Program-made: the position numbers and the translations under genes
DNA from: Mobula hypostoma
Taxonomy: Eukaryota
Direction of reading: 5' to 3'
DNA length: 64,000 nt
Assembly: GCF_963921235.1 (NCBI RefSeq)
Contig: NC_086097.1
Location: 179,802,001-179,866,000 of the forward strand
Part shown: positions 13,632-25,810 of the stretch, piece by piece
Numbering within the stretch: the stretch's first letter is position 1
How the letters are laid out: each line of letters opens with the position of its first letter
The notes under the pieces: generated by a model
Told to the model about the DNA's origin: nothing
What the model saw: the letters and a program-made list of their open reading frames with translations, nothing else
Database searches by the model: none

Positions 13632-14245
13632 TATATAACATATAACTATATAACAATTACAGTACAGAAACAGGCCATCTTGGCCCTTCTAGTCCGTGCC
13701 AAACTCTTACTCTCACCTAGTCCCACCGACCTGCACTCAGCCCATAACCCTCCATTTCTTTCCTGTCCATAAAGCTATCTAATTTAACTTTAAATGACAA
13801 CATTGAACCTGTCTCAACCACTTCTGCTGGAAGCTCGTTCCACACAGCTACCACTCTCTGAGTAAAGAATTTCCCCCTCATGTTACCCCTAAACTTTTGC
13901 CCTTTAACTCTCAACTCATGTTCTCTTGTTTGAATTTCCCCCACTCTCAATGGAAAAAGCCTATCCATGTCAACTCTATTTACCCCCCTCGTAATTTTAA
14001 ATACCTTTATCAAGTCCCCACTCAACCTTCTATGCTCCAAAGAATAAAGACCCAACTTGTTCAACCTCTCTCTGTAACTTAGGAGATGAAACCCAGGCAA
14101 CATTCTAGTAAATCTCCTCTGTACTCTCTCAATTTTGTTGACATCTTTCTTAAAATTCGGTGACCAGAAATGTGCACAATACTTCAAATTTGGCCTTACC
14201 AATGCCTTATACAATTTCAACATTACATCCCAACTCCTATACTCA
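13632..14245 (-). mobile_element. Young 5'-truncated CR1 LINE
   Basis: Uninterrupted ORF 13717..14223 (LYKALVRPNLKYCAHFWSP ... FFTQRVVAVWNELP), (GTTATA)n-like tail, apparent ATTATAT duplication at 13630 and 14246. Confidence 0.9.
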
Positions 14246-14493
14246 ATTATATTTTGTTTTTTGAATGAACAACTACTAATGAGAAATGCTAAGAAAATGT
14301 AAGGAGTTTAAACAGGTGAAGAAACGTTAAAAGTTGGGTGAATTCCTCTTATGTCAGGGAAGATTAGTAGGAGGCTTAAGAAAAGTATTAAAAGTCAGGA
14401 CAGCATGGGTCCAAAGGGTTTTTAATAACTTCCCTTCTCCATTCAACACGATGCCACCTGTTCTACCAACCGGTTAAAGACCCAAAGACTGAC

Positions 14494-14638
14494 CTTGCAA
14501 AGACAGCGTCCAGTTACAGGGTCACACACACTGGGCTGCGTTGCTTCATGGTTACAGTCACATGGAATGCACTCTGGGAAGCGGGAGAAGCCCACCGAGC
14601 ATCTGTCGCATTGTCGGCCCGTTACTTGTGGCTTGCAC
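14494..14638 (-). CDS. LAMA3: LAMA3 exon (145 nt), LE modules: CKPQVTGRQCDRCSVGFSRFPECIPCDCNHEATQPSVCDPVTGRCLCK
   Basis: Not in the ORF track; translated by hand. Acceptor ttccatttag|G, donor AAG|gtcagt. Confidence 0.95.
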
Positions 14639-15424
14639 CTAAATGGAAATATTCATAAAATGTGGTAACAGTCACAGGACCATTGTGGCCTGGGAGGAGG
14701 CTGTTTGTCCCATCAAGTCTGTGCTTAGATACAACATAGCAGATGCTGGGAACCAAAATGTGCTGGCCATTCTCTGATGGTCAAGTACAATATGGCCTGA
14801 AGCAAAGAACATAGAACAGTGCAGGCCCTTTGGCTTACAATGTTGTGCTGATATTTCGACCTTCCCTCCAGCATAGCCCTCCATCTTTCCTTCATCCATG
14901 TGCCTATCTAAGAATCTCTTAAATGTCCCCAATATCCCGTAGCTAGGGTTAAGTCAGGGGTTGCTGTATTGTAAATACAATAGAGGAATTATGGAGGCTC
15001 TTAGATAGACACATGAATGTGCAGAGAATGAAGGGATATTCTTTGTATCATTAGCTTAACTTATGAAGAGCCTGTTCCTGCGCTCTACTGTTCTATGTTC
15101 ACAACATTTTAAAGACATTTGGACAGGTACATGGATTGGAAAACTTGAAGGATAGAGGTCAAGTGGAACTAGCTGAGATGGGCATGCGAGCCAGCATGGA
15201 CAAGATGGGCCGATGGGCCTGTGCAGCATTGCTCTATGATTCTATGAGTGTAAGGTGTGTAAGTATTCATAAGTTAGAGGTTGATTGGTTCTGGATGAGG
15301 AAGGAGATGAAAGACTACTGGGAGTAGATGGAATGTGGAGTCTGAGTCTGATCAGCTGTGAATGCTACCACAGTGTGGAGCAGGCAGAGTGGTCAAGTGT
15401 CCGTCACTGGCCCTGAACACTCAC

Positions 15425-15629
15425 CGACATTGCCCTGTCCTGGGGTGGCAGCTGGGGCTGGCAGGCTTGATGATGCCCTCTCGCAGGCAGTTGCACTTCT
15501 CACAGCCGGCCAAGGGGTGGTAGCTGAAGGTCCGCCTCTCACAAGTCTCGCACTCGGGTTTGACCGTCTGGGGCGGGCAGATGCATCGTCCGGTCAGCTC
15601 GTCACACAGGCGCTGGCCACAACTGCAGG
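15425..15629 (-). CDS. LAMA3: LAMA3 exon (205 nt), LE modules: CSCGQRLCDELTGRCICPP...CHPRTGQC
   Basis: Acceptor ttgcgtttag|CC, donor CG|gtgagt. Confidence 0.95.
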
Positions 15630-16127
15630 CTAAACGCAAGAGAAAATGGAAGCTGCTTGACTCTTCGTTCCCCCAAAATTAAGATCATAAGGCACAAGAG
15701 CAGAATTGGGCCATTCAGCCCATCGAGACAGCTCCACTAATCATGGCAGATTTATTTTCTCTCTCAATCCTTCTTCCTGCCTTCTCTTCGCAACCTCTGA
15801 CACTCTAACTAATCAAAACCCTGTCAACCTCTGCTTTAGACATAGCCATTGACTTGGCCTCCAATCGTTATATTTGTCTGCCTGACAGCAAGCAGACGGA
15901 GGGGGCAGAACAGGTTAGGGAAGGCGGTGATTGAGGTAAGGGGTGGAATCAGGGTGCAATATAGAATGTAGAATGGTGATAGTGAGGTGAAGCAGGTAGT
16001 GCTGCTGACTCCAACTCCAGTTCCAGGTTAATCTTGACCTTCGGAGTTTGCACACTCTCCCTGTGAACGCGAGAATTACTCTCAGGTGATTCACTGACTT
16101 ACACAATGTGGAAATAGGATCTTAGAG

Positions 16128-16855
16128 ACATAGAAAACGTACAGCACAGCACAGGCCCTTCGGCCCACAAAACTGTGCCGAACATGTCCCTACCTTAGAA
16201 CTACCTAGGCTTTACCCATAGCCCTCTATTCTTCTAAGCTCCATGTACCTGTCCAGGAGTCTCTTAAAAGACCCTATCGTACCCGCCTCCACCACCGTCG
16301 CTGGCAGCCCATTCCACGCACTCACCACTTGCTGCGTAAAAAACTTACCTGACATCTCCTCTGTACCTACTTCCAAACACCTTAAGACTGTACCCTCTCG
16401 TGCTAGCCATTTCAGCCCTGGGGAAAAGCCTCTGACTATCCACATGATCAATGCCTCTCATTATCTTGTACACCTTTATCAGGTCACCTCTCATCCTCTG
16501 TCGCTCCAAGGAGAAAAGGCCCAGTTCATTCAACCTTTTCTGATAAGGCATGCTCCCCAATCCAGGCAACATCCTTGTAAATCTCCTCTGCACCCTTTCT
16601 ATGGTTTCTACATCCTTCCTATAGTGAGGTGACCAGAATTGAGCACAGTACTCCTAGTGGGGTCGGACCAGGGTCCTTTATAGCTGCAACATTACCTCAC
16701 GGTTCTTAAACTCAATCCCACGATTGATGAAGGCCAATGCACTGTATGCCTTCTTAACCACAGAGTCAACCTGCGTAGCAGTTTTGAGTGTCCTATGGAC
16801 TCGGACCCCAAGATCCCTCTGATCCTCCACACTGCCAAGAGTCTTACCATTAATG
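16128..16855 (-). mobile_element. 5'-truncated CR1 LINE
   Basis: ORFs 16345..16593, 16212..16451 and 16678..16929 are CR1 ORF2 C-terminal pieces; tail ttttctatgt. Confidence 0.9.
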
Positions 16856-17399
16856 CTTTGGCTTATATCTTGGCCAGACCGATCAAGGTGCATAGCCGTG
16901 CTCATCCCTTTTACCCACCGTTGGCCCATATCCTTCTAAATCCTTTTGCCCTAATGTACCCCCCTACCAGTTTCTCTGGCAGCTCATTCCATATACCCAC
17001 CAGCCTCTGCATGAAAAACTTAACCCTTAGATCCTCAGCAAATCTCTCCCCCTCACCTAAATCTGTGCTCTCCAGCTTTGGACTGCCTTACCCTGAGGAA
17101 ACATCTGTGACCATCCACCTTATCTATAAGGTCACCCCTCAGCCTTCTTCACCCCAGGAAAAGTCTCTCATTATAACTCAAGGCCCCCATTCCAGGTAAC
17201 ATCTTTGTGAATCTTTTTGCACTCTTTCCAACTTAATCATGTTGCTTTCCTCCCACACCCTAAAGATGAGTGGGTTGCGGGGTTAATTGGCTGCTCCAAG
17301 TGAGGGGTAGAATATGGGATTACAGAAAATGGATAGTTAATGGTCAGCATGGACAAGGTGGGCCGAAAGGCCTGCTTTTTGCACTGGTTGAATGACTCC

Positions 17400-17715
17400 G
17401 TGACAATCCAGAGTGCTGAGTTGAAATCTAACCATGTCAGCTGTGGAACTTAACTTCAGCTGATAATTTAAAAAAAACAAAACCCAGTCATTCAAAATCA
17501 TGACCCCCACAACCACTGGATTATGAAAGGGAATTCATTGGTTCAGGATTCAGGAGAGAGAATTGGGTGGTTAATCTGTTATGTGACTCCAGACTCTTAC
17601 ATCTCCTCCGACACAGTCTAACCAGCAACACAGCTCCAATCAGCTGGAGGTGGGCAGTGGGGCACTGGCCCAACACTGGTCCCCACATCCGGAAAGATGG
17701 ATCAATTAAAAATGT
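17400..17715 (+). mobile_element. Old SINE with L2-like 3' end (relatives at about 40990-41095 and 62850-63090, minus strand)
   Basis: Shared blocks atgtgactccagac and ccccacatcc..aattaaaaa; reverse-complement copies elsewhere in the window. Confidence 0.5.
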
Positions 17716-18231
17716 TCTACGGAAGTGCAAATGGGATAAATATTTGAAAAGTGGATTTTTTTTAGGATTATGATGAAAGGACACTGGAGTGAGTCATTGG
17801 ATAATTATTTTTTAAAAACTGACATTAGTCTTCTCCACTATTCTGTGATCTGATAAGGAGAGAAGGGAAGATTTGAAGAGGACCCCTGAGGGACAATTCT
17901 TTCACACAGAGGATGGTGAGTATATGGAACGAGCTGCCAGAGGACGTGTTTGAGGCAGGTACAATGCCATAATTTAAGAAGCACTTGGAAAGGTACATGG
18001 ACATGATAGGTTTTGAGGGATATGGGCCAACTACGGGAGAACGGGACTTGCTCTAAGTAGACAACTTGGTTATCATGGATGAGTCAGGCTGAAGGGTCTT
18101 CCTACCCACATAACCCTCCATTTTCCTTTCATCCATATGCCCAAGAGTCTCTTAAATGTCAGTAAACACCATCACTGGCAGTGTTCCATGCAGCCACCAC
18201 TCTGTAAATAAAAACTACCTCTAACATTTCC

Positions 18232-18440
18232 CCACGCAAACACGAGGAATTCTGCAGATGCTGGAAATTCAAGCAACACACAAAGTTGCTGGTGAACGCA
18301 GCAGGCCAGGCAGCATCTCTAGGAAGAGGTAGTCGACGTTTCAGTCCTGACGAAGGGTCTCGGCCCGAAATGTCGACTGTACCTCTTCCTAGAGATGCTG
18401 CCTGGCCTGCTGTGTTCACCAGCAACTTTGATGTGTGTTG
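18232..18440 (+). mobile_element. Miniature fold-back (inverted-repeat) Penelope-related element inserted in a CR1 fragment
   Basis: About 70-bp inverted arms (18272-18342 / 18367-18443); 13-bp direct duplication CTCTAACATTTCC at 18219-18231 and 18441-18453. Confidence 0.85.
18342..18379 (+). ncRNA. Minimal type-I hammerhead ribozyme-like motif
   Basis: CAGTC (stem I) - CTGACGA - A - GGGTCTCGGCCC (stem II) - GAAA - TG - TC^ - GACTG (stem I'). All core nucleotides are present; helix III is reduced. Confidence 0.7.
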
Positions 18441-18928
18441 CTCTAACATTTCCTCTGTACTTTCTTCAAATCTCCTTAGAGTTATACTCTCTTGTATTAG
18501 CCATTTCTGCGCTGTGAAAACATCTCTGGCTGTCCACTCTTTCAATGCCTCTTATCCTCTTGTACACCTCTATCAAATCACCTATCATCTCTTTTGCTCG
18601 AAAGGGAAAAGGCCTAGCTTGCTTAACCTATCCTCAGACATGCTCTGTTTAACCAGGCTGCATCCTGGTACATCTCCTCTGCACCCTCTGTAAAGCTTTC
18701 ACATCCTTCCTATAATGAGGCGATCAGAACTGAACACAATATGCCTAAATGCAGTCTATCCAGAGCTTTATGGAGCTGCAGCTGTTGAACTCAATCCCCT
18801 GACTAATAAAGGCCAACACACTATTCACTTTCTTAACGACTATCAGCTTGCATGCCAATGATTTTTATTCAGAACTTGATGAGCCACATTATGCTCACAC
18901 CTCCTCCAGCAGACGAATGAAAACTTAC

Positions 18929-19140
18929 GCCGACAGACGGGAAACATGTAGTGGCCGGTGGCACATCTGTCACACTGACGCCCAATAACGTTGGGTCGGC
19001 AAGAACACTGCCCTCCAAACGGTCTACACTCAGGGCTGGTCGCACCTTCTCTGTTACACTGACAAGGCAGAGCACCATTGTTGTAGAAAGCCACCAGTGA
19101 CTTCGCAGAGTCCAGACAGAAGTTGGATGATGTCTCTGGA
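18929..19140 (-). CDS. LAMA3: LAMA3 exon (212 nt), first LE module: [28 protein letters not shown]...[11 protein letters not shown]
   Basis: Acceptor acttctttag|T, donor C|gtaagt. Eight-cysteine laminin EGF-like pattern. Confidence 0.95.
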
Positions 19141-19315
19141 CTAAAGAAGTGGAAAGTCAAAGAATTAGCTGTATTGAATCAGTTATTTAACCCTTCTGCT
19201 CCTGACCCATCAACTTCCATCCACACACCACCACTCTTTTCACCACATCCCTCACTCCCTCCTGTTTTAGCTGGCTTTCCCTCAAACCCTTCTATGGTGT
19301 TGAACTCAATTCTTT

Positions 19316-19870
19316 CCTGTGGGAGTGAGCCCCACATTCCGACCTGTCCCTCTGGGAGTGAGCTCCACATTCCCACCTCTCCCCGTGGGACTGAGCTGAA
19401 CATTCCCACCTCTCCCCGTGGGAGTGAGCCCCACGTTCCAACCTCTCCCCGTGGGAGTGAGCCCCACGTTCCAACCTCTCCCCGTGGGAGTGAACCCCAC
19501 ATTCCAACCTCTCCCTCTGGGAGTAAGCTCCACATTCCCACCTCTTCCTGTGGGAGTGAGCTCCACGTTCCCACCTCTCCCCGTGGGAGTGAGCTCCAAG
19601 TTCCCACCTCTCCCCGTGGGAGTGAACTCCACATTCCCACCTCTCCCTGTGGGGGTGAGCTCCACATTCCTACTTCTCCTTGGGGGGGGTGAGCCCCACA
19701 TTCCAACCTCTCCCTGTGGGAGTGAGCCCCACATTCTGACCTCTCCCCATGGGAGTGAGCCCCACATTCCCACCTCTCCCCGTGGGAGTGAGCTCCACAT
19801 TCCGACCTCTCCCCGTGGGAGTGAGCCCCACATTCCGACCTCTCCCTGTGGGAGTGAGCTCCATGTTCCC
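19316..19870. repeat. 33-bp minisatellite, about 17 copies (GTGGGAGTGAGCCCCACATTCCCACCTCTCCCC)
   Basis: Visible tandem array; explains the 11-aa periodic ORFs at 19123-19947. Confidence 0.97.
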
Positions 19871-19895
19871 AACAAGATTAATGTTGTGCAATCTC

Positions 19896-20815
19896 TTTCT
19901 TTCTTTTTAAATCTTTTTATTGCATAAGTATACAAAGGGTAAACCATAAAGGCACTAATACACTGTTAGAAATTACAGGAGATATTAATACAGAAGAAAA
20001 AATGATACAAACAGTGCAATTTAAACATAAAATAATATGGTAAAATAATAGTATACTGATTTATATATATATATCAATAGAGAAAAGGAAAAAAAAACCC
20101 AAAAAAAGACCCCAAAAAAAAAACCCACTGTGCAACTAAACTAAAAGCAAAGCAAAGCAATGGGCTAACTTGGAAACAGGTAGAGTTAAAGAACTTAAAA
20201 TCACGTCCTCAAACCCGACCTCCATTAAAAACAGTTAAAAAAAAGATAAGAAGGGAATATAAATATGGAACAAAAGATTAAAAAAATTACATTAAATGAA
20301 AATATTGAATAAAAGATCTCCAGGTCTGTTCAAATTTAAGTGAGGAATCATAAAGATTACTTCTAATTTTCTCCAAATTTAAGCATAATATCGTCTGGGA
20401 AAACCAAAAAATGGTAGTCGGAGCATTAGGCTCTTTCCAGTGTTGTAAGATACATCTTTTCGCCATTAAAGTAAGAAATGCAATCATTCTACGGGCTGAA
20501 GGGGAAAGATTACTGGAAATTTTAGGTAATCCAAAGATAGCAGTAATAGGATGAGGAGAAATATCTATATTTAATACCTCTGAGATAATATTAAAAATGT
20601 CTCTCCAAAAAGTTTCCAGAGTAGGACAAGACCAAAACATATGAGTTAAAGAGGCTATCTGCCCCGGACATCTATCACAAAAAGGATTAATATGAGAATA
20701 GAAATGAGCTAATTTATCTTTGGACATATGTGCTCTATGAACAACTTTAAATTGAATTAGGGAATGTTTAGCACAGATAGAGGAAGTATTGACTAATTGT
20801 AAAATCTGCCCCCAG
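19896..20815 (-). mobile_element. Young 5'-truncated L1-clade LINE (ORF2 C-terminal CCHC region, 3' UTR, A-rich tail)
   Basis: Frame is open from the truncation point (WGQILQLVN..LIQFKVVHRAHM) to the stop at 20287 and includes CDRC-x8-H-x4-C. AATAAA plus (GAAA)n tail; perfect 14-bp TSD TGTTGTGCAATCTC at 19882-19895 and 20816-20829. Confidence 0.92.
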
Positions 20816-20839
20816 TGTTGTGCAATCTCAAAGACAATT

Positions 20840-21378
20840 TATACTAAACATCCTCCTCCTGTGTATCATCCACATCCCCCATTCCCTTCATATCTTTGCA
20901 CCTGTTAAGCCTCTCAAACTCAACAAAATTACCTGCTTGCTTCCACTGCCACCCTGGTAACCTAATCGGGCACCTACCACTCTCTTCGTTAAAAAAAACA
21001 CCCCTGATGTCCCCTTTAAACAATTCCCCCTCTAACTTAAATGTATGCCCTCTGATATTTGACATTCCTGCCCTGATGTCCCCTGACTGACTGTCCATAT
21101 TTATGCCTATCATAAAATTTTTTAAAAATGATCATATATCCCCTTAGCCTCTGGTGCTCTGGGGAAAACAACACAAGTTTGCCCAACCTCTCCTATCAGC
21201 TCATACCCACTAATCCAGGCAGCATACAGATAAACACCTTCTGCACCCTCACCACAATCTCCACTTCCTCCTGCAGTGGGGCAAACAGAAATGCACATAA
21301 TACTCCAAATGTGATCTGGCCAAAGTTTTATATAGCAGCAACATGTCCTCTTTACTCTTAAATTCAACACTCCCACCA
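20840..21378 (-). mobile_element. Decayed CR1 3' fragment
   Basis: Degenerate CR1 C-terminal coding remnants (ORFs 20844..21113 and 21122..21379). Confidence 0.75.
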
Positions 21379-21379
21379 A

Positions 21380-23560
21380 TAGATAGGTAATAGTTAAATT
21401 AAATTAGAGCAAAAGTAGAAATAATAAAAGTAATGAGGTAGTGTCCATGGGTTCAATGTCCACTCAGAAATCAGACGGCAGAGGGGAAGAAGCTGTTCCT
21501 GAATCATTGAGTGTGTGCCTTCAGGCTCCTGTACCTCCTTCCTGATGGTAGCAATGAGAAGAAGGCATGACCTGGGTGATGGGGGTCCTCAGTGGTGGAC
21601 TCTGCCTTTTTGAGGCATCATTCCTTGAAGATGTCTTGGATACTACGGAGGCTAGTGTCCATGATGGAGTTGAGTAAGTTTACAATTCTCTGCAGCTTAC
21701 TTTGATCCTGTAGAGTATCCGCCTCCCCTCACCCCCATGCCAGACGGTGATGCAGCCAGTCAGAATGCTCTCCATTGGTACATCTGTAGAAACTTGCGAG
21801 TGTTTTTGATGACATACCAAACCTCCTCAAGCTCCTAATGAAGTATAGCTGCCGTCATGCCTTCTTTGTAGCTGTATTAATATGTGGGTCCAGGTTCGAT
21901 CCTTGAGATATTGACACCCAGGAATTTGAAATTGCTCACTCTTTCCACTTCTGATCCTTCTATGAGGACTGGTGTGTGTTCCCTCATCTTACCTTTACTG
22001 AAGTCCACAATCAGTTCTTTGGTCTTACTGGCATTGAGTGCCAGGTTGTTGCTGCAACTCCACTCAACTAACTGATATATCTCGCTGCTGTACGCTCTCT
22101 CATCACCATCTGAGATTCTGCCAACAATGGCTGTATCGTCATCAGATTTATGGATGGCATTTAAGTTGTGCCCAGCCACACAGTCACGGGTGTAGAGAGA
22201 GTAGAGCAGTGGGCTAAGCATTCCTGAGGTGCATCAGAGTTGATTGCCAGCAAAGTGGAGATGTTATTTCTGATTTGCACAGATTGTGGTCTTCCAGTTA
22301 GGAAGTCAGAGATCCAGATGCAGAAGCGGGTACAGAGGCCCAGGTTCAGGAGCCTTTCAATCAGAATTGTAGGAATGATGCTGTTGAGAGCTGAGCTGTA
22401 GTCAATAAACAGCATTCTGACATACAGTAGGTATTTATATTGTCCAGGTGATCCAAAGCCGTGTGAAGAACCAATGAGATCACATCTGCTGTAGATCTAT
22501 TGTTGTGATAGGCAAGCTGCAGTGGGTCCAGGTCTTTGCTGAGACGCGAGTCAATTCAAGCCATAACCAACCTCGCCGAGCACTTCATTACTGTACTGTA
22601 GATATGAAAGCTAATGGATGATAGTTGTTGAGGCAGCTCACCCTGCTCTTCTTGGGCACTGGTATAAATGTTGCCCTTTTGAGGCAGCTGGGAACTTCCG
22701 ACTGTAGCAATGAGAGATTGAAAGTATCTTCGAACACCCTGCCAATTGGTTGATACAGGTTTTCAGAGCCCTACCAGGACTCCTTCGGGGCCTGTCAACT
22801 GTCAAAGATTCACCCTCTTGAAAGATGACCTGACGCCGGCCTCTGAGACAGAGATCACAGGGTCACCAGGTGCTGTCGGGATCTTCATAGCTGTAGTTTT
22901 ACTCTCCCTTTCAAAGCATGTATAAAAGGCTTTGAATTCATCTGGGAGTGAAGCATTGCTGCCGTTCATGATGTTAGGTTTTGCTTTGTAGGCAGTAATG
23001 GACTGCAAACCCTGCCAGAACTGACGTGCATCCAATTTCGCCTCCAACCTCGTTTGGAATTGTTCCTTAGCTCTTGAAATAGCCCTCTGCAAGTCACACC
23101 TGGTTTTCTTGTACCAGACTTGAATGCCACAGATTTAGCCCTCAGAAGACTACGACCTCCCAGTTCATTTATGGCTTTTGATTTGGGCATTTACAGTAAG
23201 TTCTCATAGGCACACATTCATCCACACAGGTTTTAATGAAGTCAGCCACAGACTCAAAAATGAATCCCTGAATACAGTCCAGTCCACCAATTCAAAGCAG
23301 TCTTGTAAACGCACCTGCGGCTCCCTTGTCCATACCTTCTTGGTCCTTACTACTGGTGCTGCAGTCTTCAATCACTGCCTGTACTCTGGGAGTAGAAGTA
23401 CAGCCAGGTCATCAGACTTTCCAAAGTGTGGGCACAGGATAGCACAGTAAGCACTCTTGATAGTTGTGTAACAGTGGTCCAGTGTGTTGGTTTCTCTGGT
23501 ACTACAAGTGATTTTTTTTGATAATTATTATTTAGAGACTTTTTCAAGCTGGCCTGGTCG
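21380..23560 (-). mobile_element. Decayed Rex1/Babar-type LINE (RT region)
   Basis: ORFs 22161..22415 (MLFIDYSSALNSIIP), 21877..22221 (LSPLLYSLYT..DDTAIVG..LALNASKTKELIVDF..FKFLGV) and 22802..23092. Confidence 0.88.
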
Positions 23561-24485
23561 AGCTGACCTGATTTGGGTTACGCTGTATGTTAATACTTTC
23601 CTGAAGTCCAACTAACCCAAATTATTCTGAAGAATTAACTGCGTGTTTTTGTTCTTCGCTACATAGCTGTTGCATGATTTGTGGAGTGTTTCTAGCATTT
23701 TCTGTTTTATTTCAGATTTTGAGAATCTGCAGTTTTTGTTTTGTCTTTCTATCAAAATACTTCTTCATGTTAAAGACACCCCCCCCACTAGATCACACCA
23801 ACATGCCTGACATTTTGCAGAGAAATTTTAATTCCTTATGAATATTTGAATTGGCAGTATGAAAACATCTGGCTGTGACCACATCTGGACATTCCTGGTT
23901 GCCTCTAGTAACCTTTCATCCCTTGTTTAATCAAAGGTCTCAGAACCAAAATGCTGAATGTTTCTCCTGCCAGTTTTTCGGCCCTTTTCTGTTTTTATTT
24001 TAGATGTTCAGCATTTGTGGTTCATTTGATTTTCAAGAATCAGTTCACTTCAAAACATTTCATACTCCGATTCCACCACCCTTTGAGAAAGAGAATTCCA
24101 GGGACTACTCCCTGAGAGACTAATAATCACCACATCTTAAGCATTGACCTGTTGACTGTAGTTCTAATTCATTTCAACATACATACACTGCTGTGGAAGG
24201 AGTCTCTTAAGAACAATTAGAGGACTTCAAATACCCCAAGCAATGCTTCCCTCCTAGGGACAGCAGCCAGTTTCACTACCACATCCCTCAGAACTTTAAC
24301 CTCTCCAAGGACCTTGCTCTCCCATTCTCTCCCCAGAATGTTCCAAAGTTCACATTGACCCACCAAAATCAGGCTGAATGGAAGTTCCACCCCAACTCCA
24401 ATTGACCAGCGGTGCATTAGGTGAGAATTGCTTGCAACTTGAAGTCAGGTGAAAGGTCAGACACGCGAGAGTTAGTTATACTCAC

Positions 24486-24601
24486 TCAATGTGAAAGCTG
24501 TTCCCACCACAGGCAGTAATGAAGTCATATGACTTATCCAGAGGCTTCTCATTTTGTAAGTCAGGGCTGTAACTGTCCGAAGGAATGATTAAGATGTACT
24601 C
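24486..24601 (-). CDS. LAMA3: LAMA3 exon (116 nt): EYILIIPSDSYSPDLQNEKPLDKSYDFITACGGNSFHID
   Basis: Not in the ORF track; translated by hand. Acceptor tttttatag|GAG, donor GA|gtgagt. Confidence 0.92.
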
Positions 24602-25509
24602 CTATAAAAATAAAGTATTTAGAATCAATTATTACTTTGTACGTAAAGGAAGCAGGAGTAGGACATTCGGCCTCTCAAACCTGCTCTGCCTTTCAGTAAC
24701 ATGCTGGCTGATGTGAGAATTAGCATCAGGTCAGTTACCAACACCTTCAGTCACCCTGTGGTTCAAAGATCCAACTTCAACTTGAAGATACACAGTCTCT
24801 GCATCTTACTGAATTAATGCTGTTGAGAATTACATTAATGATTCGAACTTTAGAATTATGAGAACATCTTCTAAATTTGTGCACAGGCCTATTTTGAGGA
24901 GACAGACAATACTGGGGAGTGTTTCAACACATCATACAAAGGCATTAATGAAGTGGCAGGATCTGAAAATGATCGGCAAATGAAGATCATGGAGTTGGTC
25001 AGTACAGCTCCATGTGGCCCTTTGGCCCATTGTGTCAGGAAATGTAGAGGAAGCTTGATCCAGAAGCAGAGCAACAGAGATGATTTAGCAGTCAACAATA
25101 TTTTGCTAATTGTCCATATCTCTCCATTCTCTGCCTACTTATGTGAGTAACTGCCTCCTAAATGTTGCTGTTGTATTCACCTACACCACAATCCCTGGTG
25201 GCACAGTGCAGGCACCCACCACTCTCTGTGTAAAGGATTTACCCTGCACATCTTTAAACTTTCCCTCTCGCCTTAAAGCTATACCCTCTAGTATTTGACA
25301 TTTCTACCTTGGAAAAAAGATTCTGACCATCTACTCCATCTATGGCCCTCATAATTTTATATACCTCTATTGGTTTTCCGCTACTCTAGAGAAAATAACC
25401 TAAGTTAGTCCAACCTGTCTCTATAGCTAGTGCGACATTCTAGTGAACCTCCTCTGCACCCTCTCCAAAGCCTCTACATCCTGCCTATAGTAAGAACCTT
25501 CTTTATAAG

Positions 25510-25810
25510 TAAGGGAGCTACCCGGGTTATGGCTGACTTGACATGGAAATCTGACTTTGCACAAATTCTCCCAAATATTTTTAAAGCATTTTTCAAGTAA
25601 GTGTTTCATAGAGTTCATGAATAACTGGATACAATATGCATTCCATAAATTTCATTTTGGTTGGTGTTAGGGTGATTATTCAATGAAGTTAAAGAATTAT
25701 ACCAAGTGCATGTACAGAAAGTTAATGTTTCTGACTTACGGAATAATCGGTTTAGAGACAGATATTTCTCAGTAACAGGACCCTTATCTAATCCAGGGAC
25801 TGTCTGTACT
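25510..25810. mobile_element. Possible decayed Tc1/mariner (Tigger-like) MITE
   Basis: Right end reads ta-cagacagtccctggattag on the minus strand and the left end has ctacccgggttatg. AT-rich interior; TIR match is poor. Confidence 0.3.

Noticed and set aside
18159..18693. Overlapping antisense ORFs with near-identical peptides, and a possible pre-miRNA hairpin
   Set aside because: The mirror peptides arise from the inverted repeat; the TSD and dispersed relatives indicate a mobile element, and there is no small-RNA evidence.
19123..19947. Several 170-210 aa ORFs with 11-aa periodicity (collagen- or mucin-like appearance)
   Set aside because: Open in multiple frames on both strands because the unit is 33 bp; no splice context linking them to LAMA3.
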